Shown here piece by piece: positions 61,201 through 64,000 of a DNA stretch of 64,000 bases. Each line of letters begins with the position of its first letter. The first letter of the stretch is position 1. The position numbers were made by a program, and so were the translations under genes. This DNA is from Antedon mediterranea (Eukaryota; Animalia; Echinodermata). Below the pieces are notes generated by a model. That model was not told the origin of the DNA and ran no database searches. It was given only the letters and a program-made list of their open reading frames with translations. The stretch is taken from positions 18,662,001 through 18,726,000 of the forward strand of contig NC_092671.1 of NCBI RefSeq assembly GCF_964355755.1. The letters run 5' to 3'.

Positions 61201-62359
61201 AGGGAGATAGATCTGATGCAGTCTCCGCCGTACAACCATGTTTCGATTGGGCTGCACCCCACACGCATGGTATCGGCGCGGGAATTAGGTACTTTCCGGG
61301 GATTGACCCAGAACTTGAGTGTTCGGGCGCTGGGAGAGGTGGGTCTGGACCACAACCGGTCCATTGCCGACTGGCCCCGACAAGATCGGCTCTTGGAGCG
61401 GATTTTGCGGGAATGTTTTTGTCCTCAGCGTCATCACGTGCTGACTCTGCATTTGCGGGGTGCGGCGAAGGATCCAAAAGGGGAGGAATGCTACCTCCGA
61501 GGGCTGGACCTTCTTCGGCTGGTGGGGGTACCCCGTGGGCAGAAACTTATTTTGCACAGTTTTTCGTCATCTATTTTCATTGTGGAAGAGTTCCTGAGAT
61601 TCTTCCCAATGACTTATTTCAGTTTCAATTTGGGGGTTGGGCGAGCGTGCCCAGCGGTACAGGAGGCATGCAGGTATCTTATGTACCAGTCTGAGCGCCA
61701 GGTTCTACTGGAGACGGATGCTCCTCATTTCCGTCCGGCGGGCCACCGGGTAGGCTTTCCTTACTTAATCGGTTTTGCCGCCGAAGCTCTGGGGAAGGTT
61801 ACGGGAATGGAGGCCAGTGAGGTTCTGGACCTCACCTGGAAGAATGGCCGGGATTCTGATTCCGGAATAGTCTCGCTCCACTAGGGGCCCAGAAGTGTTT
61901 TTGTTGTTTTGTTAATAAAATTAAGGAGGAGTATAGTTATTTTGAGTTTAGTTAACAGGAGCTTGTTTAGTTGCAATTTGCACCGGGCCAAGGGCCGGGT
62001 GCTACGTTTCGAGTCACCAGTTGGCGGTTCTTTAAACCCAGTTTCAGGGATGGGCAGCAACGCTACATAACACTTTTTTTGTCAAACTAGTTTGATAGTG
62101 TAGACAGAGCTTAAGTAATAATACTACTAAATAAAATACTCTCAGCAGCTGTAGCCTAGTAGAGGCTAGCCTAGAGAGGGACTAAATTCCCATCCCATAC
62201 TACTTCTTGGTGGGCCTGGCTAGGTAGCCTAAAGTGTGTACGCTCTGTTATTTAACTAACCGATATTATTGGTAGGCTTGACACAGTTTCTATCAAAGCG
62301 TCAAAACTTGTAGTTCCTACAGTTACAAAGGCAACTTTATCGTTGTATTCTGCTGCCAT
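49183..62359 (-). CDS. ALG13: UDP-N-acetylglucosamine transferase catalytic subunit ALG13 (short form), 4 exons, 171 aa
   Basis: Exons 62359-62261, 55034-54872, 54292-54154, 49297-49183 splice in phase (516 nt). Motifs [65 protein letters not shown] match the GT28-C/ALG13 family. Confidence 0.95.
51890..52770 (-). mobile_element. 5'-truncated LINE (Rex1/Babar-like reverse transcriptase) nested in the Academ element
   Basis: [22 protein letters not shown]; [16 protein letters not shown]; C-terminal [38 protein letters not shown]; frameshifted. Confidence 0.75.
52870..53905 (+). repeat. Three imperfect ~340-360-bp tandem units in the Academ 3' sub-terminal region
   Basis: CATCAT(T/G)TTTCCTATTT..ATAGGTACAG..GTAAAAGGTCA..GGCATAAA recurs at ~52913, ~53249 and ~53611. 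Confidence 0.7.
54154..54292 (-). CDS. ALG13: ALG13 exon 3
   Basis: [46 protein letters not shown]. Confidence 0.93.
54872..55034 (-). CDS. ALG13: ALG13 exon 2
   Basis: [44 protein letters not shown]; GTATGT donor. Confidence 0.92.
55593..55856 (+). CDS. ComEA-like helix-hairpin-helix domain ORF, probably the disrupted N-terminus of Gag
   Basis: [48 protein letters not shown] fits the HHH_3 pattern (vNinta.eeL..lpGiG...A..Ii..R...G.f.s..dL..v.Gi). It is the first good-context ATG (ACCATG) in the element. Confidence 0.7.
   Translation: MPIDGNRIRVNFCTLEQLCDIPGIGVVRADEILSLRTRLGNISSVIDLSSIKGLSKKPEFLSRFDFSPNLRLSPEDFSRMLGSVSSL
56380..57686 (+). pseudogene. Gag (capsid-like region and CCHC zinc knuckle), frameshifted
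   Basis: [48 protein letters not shown] capsid-like stretch; [14 protein letters not shown] knuckle at 57585-57626; stop TAG at 57684-57686. Confidence 0.8.
57674..57715 (+). promoter_or_regulatory. Candidate programmed -1 ribosomal frameshift signal at the gag-pol junction
   Basis: T-TTA-AAC heptamer in the Gag frame just before the Gag stop, then after 8 nt a GC-rich hairpin (GTCGG..GGTC..GACC.CCGAC). The -1 frame is open to 57931 and leads into the protease region. Confidence 0.65.
57681..61037 (+). pseudogene. Pol: protease remnant, reverse transcriptase, RNase H and integrase; disrupted
   Basis: DMLLGGDFL (protease C-terminus; no DTG motif seen); [37 protein letters not shown] (RT); [21 protein letters not shown] (RNase H); [26 protein letters not shown] (integrase). 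Premature TAA at 58965-58967, frameshifts, integrase C-terminus missing. Confidence 0.92.
61033..61884 (+). CDS. TatD-family metal-dependent DNase carried by the retrotransposon
   Basis: The frame of ORF 61216-61884 is open upstream to [10 protein letters not shown] (GAC at 61036). Motifs DAHFH, GLHP, GEVGLD, LHLR, LHSF and LLETDAP reproduce the TatD ligand set. No ATG lies upstream of DAHFH in this copy, so it may be non-functional here. Confidence 0.85.
   Translation, partial: FDAHFHLDRLFSALGLPPIYQLRRARDADPVKPGDPKVTVVGAIAVFCDPPTYPSLREIDLMQSPPYNHVSIGLHPTRMVSARELGTFRGLTQNLSVRALGEVGLDHNRSIADWPRQDRLLERILRECFCPQRHHVLTLHLRGAAKDPKGEECYLRGLDLLRLVGVPRGQKLILHSFSSSIFIVEEFLRFFPMTYFSFNLGVGRACPAVQEACRYLMYQSERQVLLETDAPHFRPAGHRVGFPYLIGFAAEALGKVTGMEASEVLDLTWKNGRDSDSGIVSLH
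62261..62359 (-). CDS. ALG13: ALG13 exon 1
   Basis: [33 protein letters not shown]; GTTAGT donor. Confidence 0.9.
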
Positions 62360-63670
62360 AATATGTGTGTATACGTACGTACGTACTACACTACGTACAC
62401 ACGGTTGGTTGGATTGTGCATCCATCCATGCGTGAAACTTCTTTATTTGAATGTGAGAGGGCGGCATACAGTATAATATAGGAAAGCAAAGGATTTTTTC
62501 CCATTTTTTGTTTGGTGATTTACGATGTAGGAAAATATTTGAAATGGCTATTATTTCATAACTTTTTCATGCCATACTACATGTCTATAACAACTGAAAT
62601 GTACAACAAACAATAATATTTGTATGAATATTATAATAGCTTTCCGTTCCGTCGACATAGCCTGTTTTTGCTCACAAACCTGCTTTGCGGTTAATTTAAT
62701 GCATTTGGAGCGTCCATGCTTCTCCTTTTCATTGGTTTAGTTTAAATTCTGATTAAGATTAAGTAAAATAGGCCTAAATGCTAAACACAATGATATACAT
62801 ACTAATTGAAATAACAGCATAGCGTTCTTGTATTTCGTTCATAACCAATAAATACAATACAGTACCCCTACATATTATAATCGACTAGAGTCTCACGTGC
62901 AACATAACACACCTAGATCAAGCGTCATCTTATACAATTTTGTGTGCAGAATAGCTAAAATACATTTTCTACGCATTTAGATTTTAGTCGAATTTATTTT
63001 CTATTGTACACTTTGTCAACTGTCAACTATATTTGATACTTTTTTATTTAGCTTTTGTTGTTAGGATATTACCGGACACACAGTGTTTATGAGTCGCTTA
63101 CAAAGGTAAAGCGTAAACAAAAAACAATACTTCCTGTCACCTTCTTTTAAGATTTATCTATAGTATGCGAGTATAGAAATAGTTACACCACTCATAAAAC
63201 ACATGCTATGTTATTGTTACTTGTATTTTATTATTTTTACAGCGATAGTTATTTTAAAATTTAATACTAGATTGTAGATTTAAATACTAAATCAAATAAA
63301 ATGGTAAAAAAAAAGATGTTAAAGTGATTAAAATGTTGTGTAAAATTGTTTTTAATTGTTTTTTTTTTTGGCAGAGAAGCCATAAGCTCAGGGGAGGAAT
63401 ACTGTCCCATGGTATATATATCTAGTCCCTCGCTAGACTTGTAGGCATATGTACGTCGTTCCAGATTCATAAGAATGTATCATATGTTATAATAGTAATA
63501 CTAATAAGTGGTGTTGTGCTATTCTAAAAGACACACTTAGTGTCGCTGTTGTTTCTATCTAAGTTTCTATGTTAAAACTATGTATTCTCTCTTGTAGTCA
63601 ATGTTATCTCTGTTCATTCGGGCAACCAAGAACAATTTCAAATGTCCTGAAATGTGAGACTATCATGGCA

Positions 63671-63947
63671 TTTTTAGTCGCGTGTAGAAGCGACTCTATG
63701 CTCACTATGTCGGTTGGTTGGTCGCGACTCTATAGCTCAATATGTCGGTCGGTTGGTTGCGATTCTATAGCTCACTATGTCGGTCGGTTGGTCGCGACTC
63801 TATAGCTCACTATGTCAGTCGGTTGGTCGGTCACGACTCTATAGCTCACTATCTCGGTCGGTCGCGACTCTATAACTCACTATGTCGGTCGGTAAACACT
63901 AACTCAAATTTGCGCACGCGACTGCAGCCATGTATATGGCCTTGTTT
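63671..63947 (+). mobile_element. HINE/DINE-1-like element with a tandemly amplified 5' unit
   Basis: TTTTTAGTCGCGT start; ~6 copies of a ~35-bp unit GCGACTCTATAGCTCACTATGTCGGTCGGTTGGTC; end GCACGCGACTGCAGCCATGTATATGGCCTTGTTT as in 21149-21790. Confidence 0.7.
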
Positions 63948-64000
63948 AATCTTGTGTTAAAACAGCGGCATTATTGGGTCAAACAAATTTTTCAGTGGTG

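Larger units (their letters stand above)
55239..62067 (+). mobile_element. Decayed Gypsy/Ty3 retrotransposon in ALG13 intron 1 (antisense), with extra HhH and TatD coding regions; boundaries provisional
   Basis: Domain order gag-CCHC-protease remnant-RT-RNaseH-integrase; sharp rise in GC relative to the flanks; TGTAG (55239) and CTACA (62067) as candidate termini; several stops, frameshifts and short deletions. No LTR pair or TSD resolved. Confidence 0.9.

Noticed and set aside
61033-61884. TatD or the ComEA-like ORF as bacterial contamination
   Set aside because: Both are contiguous with Gypsy gag/pol of the same composition and lie inside an intron bounded by in-phase ALG13 exons; there is no operon context.

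Overview
AT-rich animal genomic DNA with GT-AG spliceosomal introns. The intronless TLR/Ig genes and the TE repertoire suggest a marine invertebrate deuterostome, possibly an echinoderm (inference). 0.5-15.5 kb: an immune-receptor cluster of four single-ORF type-I Ig-superfamily receptors (V + two further Ig domains, TM, tail ending in YEN(V/R) + ITIM + ITSM-like motifs) around one Toll-like receptor. A minimal hammerhead ribozyme motif lies upstream of the TLR. 16.9-31.6 kb (-): an 11-exon, single-domain, secreted angiotensin-converting enzyme (610 aa, assembled by hand). 32-49 kb: a repeat-rich interval with a 25-bp minisatellite showing a 349-bp higher-order repeat, three tandem non-autonomous Helitrons, MITEs and LINE ends. 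49.2-62.4 kb (-): a 4-exon ALG13 (171 aa). Its intron 3 holds a decayed Academ transposon with a nested LINE. Its intron 1 holds a GC-rich, decayed Gypsy/Ty3 retrotransposon that carries an N-terminal ComEA-like helix-hairpin-helix ORF and, after the integrase, a TatD-family nuclease with all metal-binding motifs present. The two best candidates for undescribed biology are the HhH+TatD Gypsy element and the TLR-linked ITIM/ITSM Ig-receptor cluster with CDR-like divergence. All calls are by eye; no database searches were run.
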